Positions 38,221-46,593 of a stretch of 64,000 bases of DNA are shown here, piece after piece. The DNA is taken from positions 5,120,001 to 5,184,000 of the forward strand of contig OZ241362.1 in assembly GCA_965200315.1 (NCBI GenBank), given 5' to 3'. Both the position numbers and the translations under genes were made by a program. Under the pieces are notes generated by a model. It had not been told where the DNA came from and searched no databases. It saw nothing but the letters and a program-made list of their open reading frames with translations. This stretch comes from Candidatus Latescibacterota bacterium (lineage in GTDB: Bacteria; Latescibacterota; UBA2968; UBA8231). Positions within the stretch are counted from its first letter, which is position 1. The number at the start of each line of letters is the position of its first letter.

Positions 38221-39039
38221 ATGAAGTCCGACTGGATGAATGACGTTCATATCGGAAACTGCCTTGATGTTATGCAGGATTTCCCAGACGAAAGCATTGA
38301 TCTTATCGTAACTTCTCCGCCCTATGCCGACGCGAGAAAACACACCTATGGAGGCGTCCACCCCGATCTCTATGTCGAATGGTTTCTTCCGATAGGAGAG
38401 CAGATGCTACGAGTGCTAAAGCCATCGGGTTCCTTTGTGCTGAACATCAAAGAAAGGGCCGCCAATGGAGAAAGACACCTCTACGTCTTAGACCTGATAA
38501 GTGCGCTCAAAAGAGAAGTCGGTTTCAGGTGGGTCGAGGAGTATATCTGGCACAAGACGACATCGGCACCCGGCAAGTGGAAGTATCGGTTTCGAGATGG
38601 ATGGGAAAGACTTTTGCATTTTTCCAAGACCAACGAGTTCAAAATGAACCAAGAAAACGTCATGGTGCCAGCCGGAGAATGGACAAAAGCTCGACTAAAG
38701 AACATGGGTGAAAGAGATTACACACGTAATAATTCTGCGACCAAATCAGGGATTGGTCGCAACATCTCCGCTTGGTCTGGTCGAGAAAAGGTGTATCCTA
38801 GCAACGTCCTACACAAAGCACCCGTCTGCCATAATACCGGTCATTCTGCGGCCTTTCCCGAATGGCTACCAACCTTTTTTATCGAACTATTCACGGATCC
38901 CGGTGATGTTGTCCTAGATCCCTTTCTTGGATCAGGAACAACTTTTAGAGTTGCCCTGAAGCTCAATCGCACCCCTGTCGGCATTGAGCTAGAAGCCGAA
39001 AACGTAAAGGATACTGCATATGCTCCCTTGGGTTTCTGA
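38221..39039 (+). CDS. Beta-class N4-C/N6-A DNA methyltransferase
   Basis: TSPPY precedes DPFLGSGT; HSAAFP; AAGGA RBS. Confidence 0.9.
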   Translation: MKSDWMNDVHIGNCLDVMQDFPDESIDLIVTSPPYADARKHTYGGVHPDLYVEWFLPIGEQMLRVLKPSGSFVLNIKERAANGERHLYVLDLISALKREVGFRWVEEYIWHKTTSAPGKWKYRFRDGWERLLHFSKTNEFKMNQENVMVPAGEWTKARLKNMGERDYTRNNSATKSGIGRNISAWSGREKVYPSNVLHKAPVCHNTGHSAAFPEWLPTFFIELFTDPGDVVLDPFLGSGTTFRVALKLNRTPVGIELEAENVKDTAYAPLGF

Positions 39040-39655
39040 GGCTGACTTTGAGCGAGAACTTGAACGGCTGAAAACAAGCTACAAAGACGCACTCAATAAG
39101 GCGGAGGAGAGAAGAAAAAGGAATGTCGTTGATCCGTTTTCAAGTCTTATGATTGCAGAAACATTCGGAATGACGACAGCCGAAGAATTGAGCTTCTCAC
39201 AAGACACTGAATCTGCCACGCGAGGATCGAGCAATGCAATAGGCCACTTTCACCAAGGGATACTAGGGTCCGTAGCAGGGTGGGAAAACTATAATCGTGG
39301 CTATGATTTGAGGTCTGAAAAACAAAAGATGATTGTTGAGCTAAAGAATAAGCACAACACCTTGAATGATAACGACAAAAAAGGCACTATACGAAAACTG
39401 TCTAGCTCAATTAGCAGAGAACCGACTGACTGGACAGCCGCCCTTGTCTTAATCATTCCCAAAACGCCCATACGATACCAAACAACCATCGCACACAGAG
39501 TTATTGAGATGGAAGGCGCGAGCTTCTATCACTTAGTCACTGGACATCGTAATGCCATTCACCAACTCTTTGAACATCTATCCAATAGATTATCTCCCTC
39601 CGATGAAATCAGACGATATTGCAAGGCTATTTTAGACCATTCATTGCCACCATGA
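39020..39655 (+). CDS. Eco47II-like type II restriction endonuclease
   Basis: DPF, N.IG.FHQ.ILG...GW, GYD, ELKNKHNT, G.SFY.LVTG. Confidence 0.7.
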   Translation: MLPWVSEADFERELERLKTSYKDALNKAEERRKRNVVDPFSSLMIAETFGMTTAEELSFSQDTESATRGSSNAIGHFHQGILGSVAGWENYNRGYDLRSEKQKMIVELKNKHNTLNDNDKKGTIRKLSSSISREPTDWTAALVLIIPKTPIRYQTTIAHRVIEMEGASFYHLVTGHRNAIHQLFEHLSNRLSPSDEIRRYCKAILDHSLPP

Positions 39656-39861
39656 AAAGTAGAGACAGGCGAAATAGGAGCCGCAGACAATGCGGAAACA
39701 TCAGGGAAAACGGAAAGAGATGTGGAAATAGAACATCAAACTTTGAAGATGCCCTATATTGCCCGCGCTGTGATATAGCATTGATGCAAAAAGATCATCC
39801 TTTATTAGACGCCTTTGAATCCATTTTAGACAGCGAATCTTCTCGTTACTCAATCCTCTAA
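39652..39861 (+). CDS. Small basic Cys-rich protein (69 aa)
   Basis: ATGA overlap with the endonuclease stop; C-x9-C...CPRC. Confidence 0.4.
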   Translation: MKSRDRRNRSRRQCGNIRENGKRCGNRTSNFEDALYCPRCDIALMQKDHPLLDAFESILDSESSRYSIL

Positions 39862-40755
39862 CAATAACTCAAGTTGCTGCTCGCCCTTTGGAAGTGCTCG
39901 ATTCAGATTACGCATAAAGATGTTCCAGTTAGACGATGCCTTCATCAAGGCAGCAACGGCGGCCAGATGCTCTTTGAGCTTGGGGTGGCCCAGATCGGGT
40001 GTGAACCACTGGTGGTGCGTGTTGCGGCGACCCTTGCCGCTGGGGAGCGTAGGATTGACACGCCGCAGCTCGTCGAGGACGCCCGGCGCTAGGCGACTGT
40101 ACACAATGTCATTGGTGTAATGGCCTATTACGGACGGCCGCGCAACACCATTGGGGCCGGGCCAGCCCTTGAGGCGAAATATCTGATTGTAGAACTCGTA
40201 GGGAAATGTCTTGGTCCAAGGTTGAAACTCTTTGGCGATGAACTTCTCAAGAATGGTTGCAAGGGCGCGTTCTTCGCGTATGCGCTGGTAGCCCGTCGCC
40301 TCGTCCACAAGGGCAATTACGCCCACTGTGGCAAGGCTACGCATAAGTATCTCGGCCTGAACTGCGACATGAGCTTGATTAGGTAGCAGCATATTAGCAT
40401 CGCGGGCTTTGAGATACACTTCACAAACTTGGGGCAGTAGAATCGCATCATATCCAAGCGCAATTCTTCCTCCTGTTGGGAGTCTAAATCTAACCGGAGT
40501 TAGCGACTTGCTTAAAGTATTGGAAATGAATGGTTTAAGGCGTTCAGAGCGCAAAAAAGCGGGCAAGTCTGCGACTTGCTGCTCTGCTCCGGGGCCTGTA
40601 GGCTTGGGAGAACGCCCTAGTGCCTCTGAAAATCCTGCTTGAGTAAGAACGCGCGTTTCATCTTCCAGCACATAGCAAGGTATTTCAACTTCGCCGATTA
40701 CCAAAGGTCGATCTGGTGCTCCGGCGATTACTTTCAGCGGTTCCTGTTTGCTCAT
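39850..40755 (-). CDS. P63C-domain protein
   Basis: IPCYVLED.TRVL, VG.IALVDEATGYQ, W.KTFP.EFY, HHQW.T...G.P.L. Confidence 0.85.
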   Translation of the reverse strand: MSKQEPLKVIAGAPDRPLVIGEVEIPCYVLEDETRVLTQAGFSEALGRSPKPTGPGAEQQVADLPAFLRSERLKPFISNTLSKSLTPVRFRLPTGGRIALGYDAILLPQVCEVYLKARDANMLLPNQAHVAVQAEILMRSLATVGVIALVDEATGYQRIREERALATILEKFIAKEFQPWTKTFPYEFYNQIFRLKGWPGPNGVARPSVIGHYTNDIVYSRLAPGVLDELRRVNPTLPSGKGRRNTHHQWFTPDLGHPKLKEHLAAVAALMKASSNWNIFMRNLNRALPKGEQQLELLLED

Positions 40756-40757
40756 CT

Positions 40758-41639
40758 TTACACTCCCAATGCTCGATTGATCGTGAGGTTAAAAGCGAAC
40801 TCAGGCGTTGCTCTGCGGAGGTTGTAGCGATAGCAAAACTCATCGACGTAGCGTTGTAGGTGTCGCCTCGATACACTGTGGAACTGGCCGAACATGCCAC
40901 GCTTGAGCAGTGCCCAAAAACTCTCGATGGTGTTGGTGTGAACATCGCCGTCCACGTACCAATCAGAATGGCGGATCACCGAATGAGGGAGCACCTTAGA
41001 CATACCCATGTAGGCTTTGTACTCGTCGGTGTAGAGGCTCGATTCCTCGGTGTTGACGTGCTGGCGGACGAAAGCCCGCATATTGCGACCCTTCATGTTC
41101 TTCTTATCGACGGCTTTGGCCGCGACCGAGCCTTCACGCTCAACGGCTCCAATGACAGGGGCTTTCTTTGTGCCGCGACCGGGCTTATGCTTGCCATCTT
41201 TCCCATCGCCCTTAGTGCCTTTGCGGGGCTTACCTCCGATATAGGTTTCATCCATCTCGACGATACCTTGCAAGATGTTGCGATGCTCGACTTGGTTCAT
41301 CGCTTTACGAATTTGCATGTTCATTCGCCAAGCCGTGTTCTTGTTCACTTTTAGATCGCGGGAAAGTTGGAGCGCAGAGATTCCCTTCTTGGCATTAATC
41401 ATCAGCATAATTGCCAAGAACCACTTTTGTAGGGGTAAATGAGTATGGTGAAAGATGGTGCCGACCGTTACACTAAACGAGGTTTTACAGTTGTAGCAAC
41501 GGTGGCGATGTTCTGCGGGGGCCGTGCGCTCGCTCTGGCAATAGGGGCAAACAACCGTATCGCCCCAACGCACTTTTTCGAGATACTTGATGCAGGATTC
41601 TTGAGTAGGGAACTGCTCGAAAACTTCTAAGATGTTCAT
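40758..41639 (-). CDS. IS1595-family transposase
   Basis: CPYC..CYNC zinc ribbon, GTIF, EMDETY.GG, TDEY..Y, HTNTIESFW, Y.DEF.YRYN.R. Confidence 0.95.
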   Translation of the reverse strand: MNILEVFEQFPTQESCIKYLEKVRWGDTVVCPYCQSERTAPAEHRHRCYNCKTSFSVTVGTIFHHTHLPLQKWFLAIMLMINAKKGISALQLSRDLKVNKNTAWRMNMQIRKAMNQVEHRNILQGIVEMDETYIGGKPRKGTKGDGKDGKHKPGRGTKKAPVIGAVEREGSVAAKAVDKKNMKGRNMRAFVRQHVNTEESSLYTDEYKAYMGMSKVLPHSVIRHSDWYVDGDVHTNTIESFWALLKRGMFGQFHSVSRRHLQRYVDEFCYRYNLRRATPEFAFNLTINRALGV

Positions 41640-41668
41640 GGCATCTTCTCCTATCATTAACTACATAG

Positions 41669-41697
41669 AAGATACCAAAAACAGGCAAAGAAGTCAA
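41669..41697 (-). promoter_or_regulatory. Inward sigma70-like promoter for the transposase
   Basis: TTGACT-17 bp-TATCTT with a TG extension, minus strand. Confidence 0.5.
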
Positions 41698-41728
41698 GAA
41701 CTAAAAGACCTTAAAGTAGGAAATTCCG

Positions 41729-41793
41729 CTTTTTAATGCTTGTATCAATCTGCGTACTGTCAGCGAACGAAGTCTGCTATAATCAATGGCCAT
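41729..41793 (-). pseudogene. hicA: HicA toxin, 5' part
   Basis: MAIDYSRLRSLTVRRLIQALK starts 1 nt after the hicB stop and runs into the TIR. Confidence 0.85.
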
Positions 41794-41794
41794 A

Positions 41795-42064
41795 CTAGAT
41801 GGCTACGGCGACCAAAGGAACATCGCTGACCTGAATCTGCGAAGGTGGGTCCGTAGGTATGTCTTCGCCAATTTCTAGCAGATGTGCAACGAGAAGATCA
41901 ACAGCATTTTCTAAATTCTCTAAAGCCTCTTTCTCAGTATATCCCCAACTCGCAGCCCCTTTATGCTCTAGCTCGGGAATATAGGCTCGCCAGACCGCTT
42001 TCTCATCGGGCTCATCGGGCCACTTGTCTTGCTCTAAAACAGCCTGAAACAAATACGTTTTCAT
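41795..42064 (-). CDS. hicB: HicB-family antitoxin
   Basis: AYIPEL..GAASWG.T..EAL.NL..A.....GEDIP; AGGAGG RBS. Confidence 0.85.
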   Translation of the reverse strand: MKTYLFQAVLEQDKWPDEPDEKAVWRAYIPELEHKGAASWGYTEKEALENLENAVDLLVAHLLEIGEDIPTDPPSQIQVSDVPLVAVAI

Positions 42065-42218
42065 ACATATCCCTCCTTTTTATTCGCGCTTCGGACCCCT
42101 CGACAGGACCCGCCAGCTTCCTCAACTAGTAATAGTTTACAACTCGCGGCAAATAGACCCAAATGTGAAACGGACCGGACGCGATGCCATCATACGACTG
42201 CGGCGCGGCAGCGAAAAA

Positions 42219-43376
42219 CTACGGGTATAGCCGCTTATACAACTGAATAGTTCGCTGGGCCGCGCCTTCCCACGTAAAGGCTGCGGCCCGTTGTCGTCCT
42301 TGGTGCGAGAGCCGTTGGCGAAGCGCAGAATCGGTCAGCAGGCGCTGCATCCCGGCGGCGATGGCGGCGGTGTCGAGCGGATCGACGAGCACCGCATCTT
42401 CTCCGGCGACTTCGACGAGCGACGAACCGTTCGACGTAAGCACCGGACAGCCGCTGGCCATTGCTTCAAGCACGGGCAGCCCGAATCCTTCTATCAGCGA
42501 TGGGAAGGCGAAAAAGAGCGCACGGGCAAGACAGGTGCGGATTTGCTCGTCGCTGAGCTGACCGACCAAGAGCACCCGATCGCTCAGGCCGAGTTGATGC
42601 GCCAGCCGCGCGAGCGCAGCGTTGCCCTCGCCGCGGCCCGCAAACACCAGCGCGAGATCGGGATGGGCCGGGGCGACTTGGGCAAAGGCGCGTACCAGCC
42701 GAGGTAAGTTTTTGTACGGCAAGCTGTTGCCCAAGCCAAAGGCAAAAGGCCGTTCTGCAAGGCTGTCGAGCATATCCTGCTGCACATGGTCTTGAGCGGT
42801 CGCTTTGCCCAAGCCAAACAGGGCCGGTGCCGCGTTGCCCGAATGCCAAGCAGGGGCCACGCCGTGGAGGATGGCGGTTACTTTGTCGGCTGGTACGCCG
42901 TGGTCGAGTGCCGCTTGGCGCGTGCTTGCGGAGACGGCGACGATGTGGTCGGCTGTGGCGATGGCCCGGCGAATGCCGAAGCTGCCTAGGGAGCCCTTGA
43001 CCCAGCGCCGCCAGCGTCGGCCGTCGGCGAGGTGGGGGTGATCAACCCATATCAGGTCGTGTAGGGTGATGACGACGCGCCGAGCGCGTACGCCGATGGG
43101 GAGAAAGTGGAACAGGGAGTGATATACGTCGGCGTCGAGCCCGTTGATGACCCGAGCACCGGCGAGGATGTTGTGCGGCGAGGAAATGTCGTGCGGTGAG
43201 AAAATCTCCCTGAAGTTGGCCTGATCGGCGATGGGACCGTGGCGCGACGGTCGGCGGACGATGATGTACTCGTTTTCGCGGTCCAGCTTGGCGATGTGGC
43301 TGACGAGGTCGGCGGCGTAGCGGCCGAGGCTGGTGGGTACGTCGCGCAGAGAGCGAGCGTCGATGCAGATCCTCAT
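42219..43376 (-). CDS. GT4-family glycosyltransferase
   Basis: MRICIDAR, TLHDL, KNL..L..AF, PSL.EGFGLPVLEAMASG.PV. Confidence 0.9.
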   Translation of the reverse strand: MRICIDARSLRDVPTSLGRYAADLVSHIAKLDRENEYIIVRRPSRHGPIADQANFREIFSPHDISSPHNILAGARVINGLDADVYHSLFHFLPIGVRARRVVITLHDLIWVDHPHLADGRRWRRWVKGSLGSFGIRRAIATADHIVAVSASTRQAALDHGVPADKVTAILHGVAPAWHSGNAAPALFGLGKATAQDHVQQDMLDSLAERPFAFGLGNSLPYKNLPRLVRAFAQVAPAHPDLALVFAGRGEGNAALARLAHQLGLSDRVLLVGQLSDEQIRTCLARALFFAFPSLIEGFGLPVLEAMASGCPVLTSNGSSLVEVAGEDAVLVDPLDTAAIAAGMQRLLTDSALRQRLSHQGRQRAAAFTWEGAAQRTIQLYKRLYP

Positions 43377-44122
43377 GGGGGGAGGCCGGCACAGTAGTTG
43401 GGGATGTGCGCCAGTGCTGCCCGCGGCCAGACCCGGAAGTCAGCATAGGCGGCCGCGGCGTACCCCCGAGTTGAATTGGCATCGGTGAGCAAGGCGATGC
43501 CAATGGTTTTTTGGGGCAGGTTGGACGACAAGACGCGCTCGTGATCCTTTTCTAGATCGACCCATTCTTGGAGCCATTGCCCCAACTTCTCCGGCCCGCT
43601 TTGGAGCACGACAAACCAAGGGCGGGCAATTCCTTTGCGGCGGGAGACGGTACCCGGAGCCAAGGTCGTGCTCCACACGTATTTGATCTGTCGCGGGATG
43701 CCGAGGAGGTTGCGCGAAAAAATGACGTGTACCCCAGCGGCGCTGTCGTTGGTCTCGGTATAGCGCTCGTCGCCCCCCGGCGGCAGGGCGTCGGCGCGCC
43801 AGCACCAAGTCATAATGGGGTATTGCCGAGGGTCCCAGTGGAATCTCTTCATGAGGACGACCGAGTGGCCGGTGTCCTGTGCGGCTAAATAGCGGCGGCC
43901 GTTGGCCTCGCGGACGGCGTAGAGCTTGGGTTTGTCGTCGTCCTTGCCGCGCCAGCGCCAGGCCCGGGGTAGGCTGTCTAGGGGCGTGGTGGCAAAGTCT
44001 TCGATGACGATGTAGGGGGTGGCTCCGCGCTCACCTCCATCCGGCGGCGCGTTCTGGGCAGAGGCAGTATAGATAGAGAGGACGCAGTAGCCCGCTAGGC
44101 AAGCGAGTATGTGTCGACGCAT
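43373..44122 (-). CDS. DUF3047-like secreted protein
   Basis: Signal peptide; W.WR...LP.G.DE, DSAA.V.V.F, IKYVWS, LTDA. Confidence 0.7.
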   Translation of the reverse strand: MRRHILACLAGYCVLSIYTASAQNAPPDGGERGATPYIVIEDFATTPLDSLPRAWRWRGKDDDKPKLYAVREANGRRYLAAQDTGHSVVLMKRFHWDPRQYPIMTWCWRADALPPGGDERYTETNDSAAGVHVIFSRNLLGIPRQIKYVWSTTLAPGTVSRRKGIARPWFVVLQSGPEKLGQWLQEWVDLEKDHERVLSSNLPQKTIGIALLTDANSTRGYAAAAYADFRVWPRAALAHIPNYCAGLPP

Positions 44123-44140
44123 TGCTCTACCTCTCGCGGG

Positions 44141-45172
44141 TCAGCGCGGATTTTCTTGTTCCTGCAGCATCGTTAAGGCCGTTGTGGGGCGGCGCTGGAG
44201 CGCGGTGCGGCTCATGTAGCTGAGAAAAGTCCAGCCGATGAAAATCCAGAACACGCGGCGCAGACGGCGCGTAAGACCCAAAGACAGGCCCAAAGACGGG
44301 TCTAACCCCAAGCTGGAAAACAAGAATACGAGGCCGCCTTCCATGACCCCGATATTGGAGGGCATGAAGAAAAACAGGCCGTTGATGACCGCGCCCAAGG
44401 CGTTGAGCAGAAAACAAAACCAAAAACCAATACCCGCGTCCAGTGCCCAGAGGATGGCGTAGGTCTCACAGGTGCCCATAAACCAGCCGATGCTCTGAAA
44501 GAACAAGGCGCGCAGGAAGCGGGTGCGGTGAGTGCGGTAAAAGGCCCCGATGTTGGTGTCGATGCGCGCCGCGCGTCCCATGTTGCGCTCGATTATGTCG
44601 GTGCGCAAGCCGGCCGAGCGGAGCAGTTTGAGCAGGGACGTGAACAGGTGCTCTTGACGCTTGTAGAAAACCCAGAAGGCCGCCAAGCTGACGATGAGCA
44701 GACACGCGAACAAGATCCGGTATTCCAAGGGGATAAGCTCGGACACGTCGTGGTAGTAGAACAACAGCCCTAGGCCGAGGACGGTAAAAGACAGGCCAAC
44801 CGCAATTTGCGCGGTTTTGTCGACGACCACCGAGGCCATGCCGCGCGGGCCGGGTGTTCGGTGAGTGAGCAAATAGGCCTTGACTGGCTCGCCGCCGAGA
44901 TTGGCCAGCGGCGTGAGTTGATTAACTGCCTCGCCGGCCAGCTTGGCCGCAAAAAGGGTGGGTAGCCGCGGTTTGAAGGCGTCGGGCGGGAAGGCGAAGT
45001 TCCAAGCGATAGTGTTGGAGAGGTGCCAAGCGCATGAGGGCAGCAACAGCAAGGGGAACGTCCACTTGATCGCATCTAAGTGGTGGAGGACCTCATCAGC
45101 CCCGAGCTCGCCGACGAGATAGCCCAGCAGCAGGAAGCCAAAGGCGACCATGAAAATTTGCAAAGCTTTCAC
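44141..45172 (-). CDS. Lysylphosphatidylglycerol-synthase-TM/flippase-like membrane protein
   Basis: GTG 45172 overlapping the upstream stop; GEAVNQLTP...GGEPVK, P..IGV.EGG. Confidence 0.8.
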   Translation of the reverse strand: MKALQIFMVAFGFLLLGYLVGELGADEVLHHLDAIKWTFPLLLLPSCAWHLSNTIAWNFAFPPDAFKPRLPTLFAAKLAGEAVNQLTPLANLGGEPVKAYLLTHRTPGPRGMASVVVDKTAQIAVGLSFTVLGLGLLFYYHDVSELIPLEYRILFACLLIVSLAAFWVFYKRQEHLFTSLLKLLRSAGLRTDIIERNMGRAARIDTNIGAFYRTHRTRFLRALFFQSIGWFMGTCETYAILWALDAGIGFWFCFLLNALGAVINGLFFFMPSNIGVMEGGLVFLFSSLGLDPSLGLSLGLTRRLRRVFWIFIGWTFLSYMSRTALQRRPTTALTMLQEQENPR

Positions 45173-46455
45173 GCGGGATCCTCTCGGTTGACGGCCGGTG
45201 CCGGAAGCGCGGCAATCTGCCGCTCGGCGGCGCGCTGGTTGCCCGTCAGCCGGTAGTGGGTGGTCAAAACGCCGAGGGCCGCCGCGTGCAGCAGGACGAC
45301 GAGGAGCCAATAAACAACCGATAATAGATTGGCCACCAAGCCGATGGCAATGAACAATGAGAGGAAGTCCCGCTTGGTAATAAAACCGGTGCGCTCTAGA
45401 AAGCGATAGCTCCAGTCCTTTTCGCCATCGGACACCTTGTTGGATAGGTCGCCGAGGTAGTACTGCAGGCTGCCGCTGCCGGTTTTCAGGGCGTAGCTGT
45501 AGAGCAGGGCTAAGGTCAAGACCAGCGAGGCGATGGCGGAGACGCCGGCGTAGATGGGCAAGTAGTTGTCGGGATCGAGCCGCCACATACCAGCCATCAG
45601 CGCGGCGTATCCGAAGAGATAGGCAAGGTTGTCGGTGACCGTGTCGAACCATGCGCCGAATTTGGTCTCGGCCAGCTTGACGCGGGCTATTTCGCCGTCG
45701 CAGCCGTCGAGGATAGAGGCGAGTTGCCAGAGGATACCGCCACAGGCAAGCCGCAGGTAGTCGTCGGGCTGCGACGCCAGATAGGCGGCGAACAGACCCG
45801 GGCACAGGACCATGCAGAAGGTCACCATGTTGGGCGAGATGCCAGTATTGATGATGAGCTTGCTGATGGGCACGGAGATGTGCACGTTGAGCAGGCGCGC
45901 TACCGTGCCGCTGGTGGCCTTGCTCACTTGGTCGAAGAGCATGGTCTTAGCGGCGCGTGCGCTGCGCTTGTCGGTCACGCGTTGCCACAGGTGCGGCGCG
46001 ATGTCTTCGCGTCGCTGCGGACGCGCTGCGAGCGAACTCCAGATGTCGCCGGTTAGCATATCCGAGGACAACGCGCCCGTAGCGCAGAGGAACGCCCCGC
46101 TGCTGGTGCCTTGGCTGGCTTGGGCGACGAGGTCGTCTCGCTGTAGGCCCGCGTCAATGAGGGCTTGCAGCGAGGAATGGTGGTGGACGCAATCGCCCCT
46201 GAGTAGCAGCAAGGGGGCGTTGGGTAGGCGAGCGGCCTCAGGGGTGGTTTGCTCTATTTGGATGTCGAGGTCGGGGGTTAAGGACTTGCTGCTGGGGGCG
46301 TGGCCGGGGGGAAGCACGACCAAGACGCGCTCGATGCCCACGCGGGCCAAGGTGCGAACCCCGCGTTGGAGGAGGGTGCGGCCAGCAACCTGCACATCGG
46401 TTGCCGCGCCAGCGGGAAAGACCAAAATTCCTTGTTCAATTGCGCGCTTTCGCAT
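45169..46455 (-). CDS. CDP-alcohol phosphatidyltransferase with degenerate N-terminal NTP-transferase-like domain
   Basis: SPN.VT and DGCDGEIAR....T.FGAWFD signature. Confidence 0.85.
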   Translation of the reverse strand: MRKRAIEQGILVFPAGAATDVQVAGRTLLQRGVRTLARVGIERVLVVLPPGHAPSSKSLTPDLDIQIEQTTPEAARLPNAPLLLLRGDCVHHHSSLQALIDAGLQRDDLVAQASQGTSSGAFLCATGALSSDMLTGDIWSSLAARPQRREDIAPHLWQRVTDKRSARAAKTMLFDQVSKATSGTVARLLNVHISVPISKLIINTGISPNMVTFCMVLCPGLFAAYLASQPDDYLRLACGGILWQLASILDGCDGEIARVKLAETKFGAWFDTVTDNLAYLFGYAALMAGMWRLDPDNYLPIYAGVSAIASLVLTLALLYSYALKTGSGSLQYYLGDLSNKVSDGEKDWSYRFLERTGFITKRDFLSLFIAIGLVANLLSVVYWLLVVLLHAAALGVLTTHYRLTGNQRAAERQIAALPAPAVNREDPA

Positions 46456-46593
46456 GCGTTTGCCGTTCACATTTGGGGATGTAAATAAAAGAAGCACTTT
46501 ATAGAGAAACTCCTAGTATAAGGAATTTTGCATCGTTTGTCGGACCTTAAATTCACGTGACTATTGTGTTACAATGGACAAAAAAGGCGCGTC

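Larger units (their letters stand above)
38134..41728 (-). mobile_element. IS1595-family cargo-carrying element, 3595 bp
   Basis: TIRs CGGAATTTCCTA(A/C)TTTAAGGTCTT (23/24) at 38134-38157 and 41705-41728; CTTTTT duplicated at 38128-38133 and 41729-41734; removing it restores the hicA frame. Confidence 0.92.

Noticed and set aside
33600-42220. Integron cassette array or prophage att sites
   Set aside because: No integrase, no recurring attC-like palindrome, and each repeat is a different host gene end
33666-42362. Diversity-generating retroelement TR/VR pairs as the explanation for the near-identical repeats
   Set aside because: The differences are not confined to adenines, are largely synonymous, and no reverse transcriptase is in the window
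44141-45805. Long 5' extensions in the ORF track (also 13729, 34157, 59573, 957)
   Set aside because: They overlap upstream genes; downstream starts fit the operon structure better
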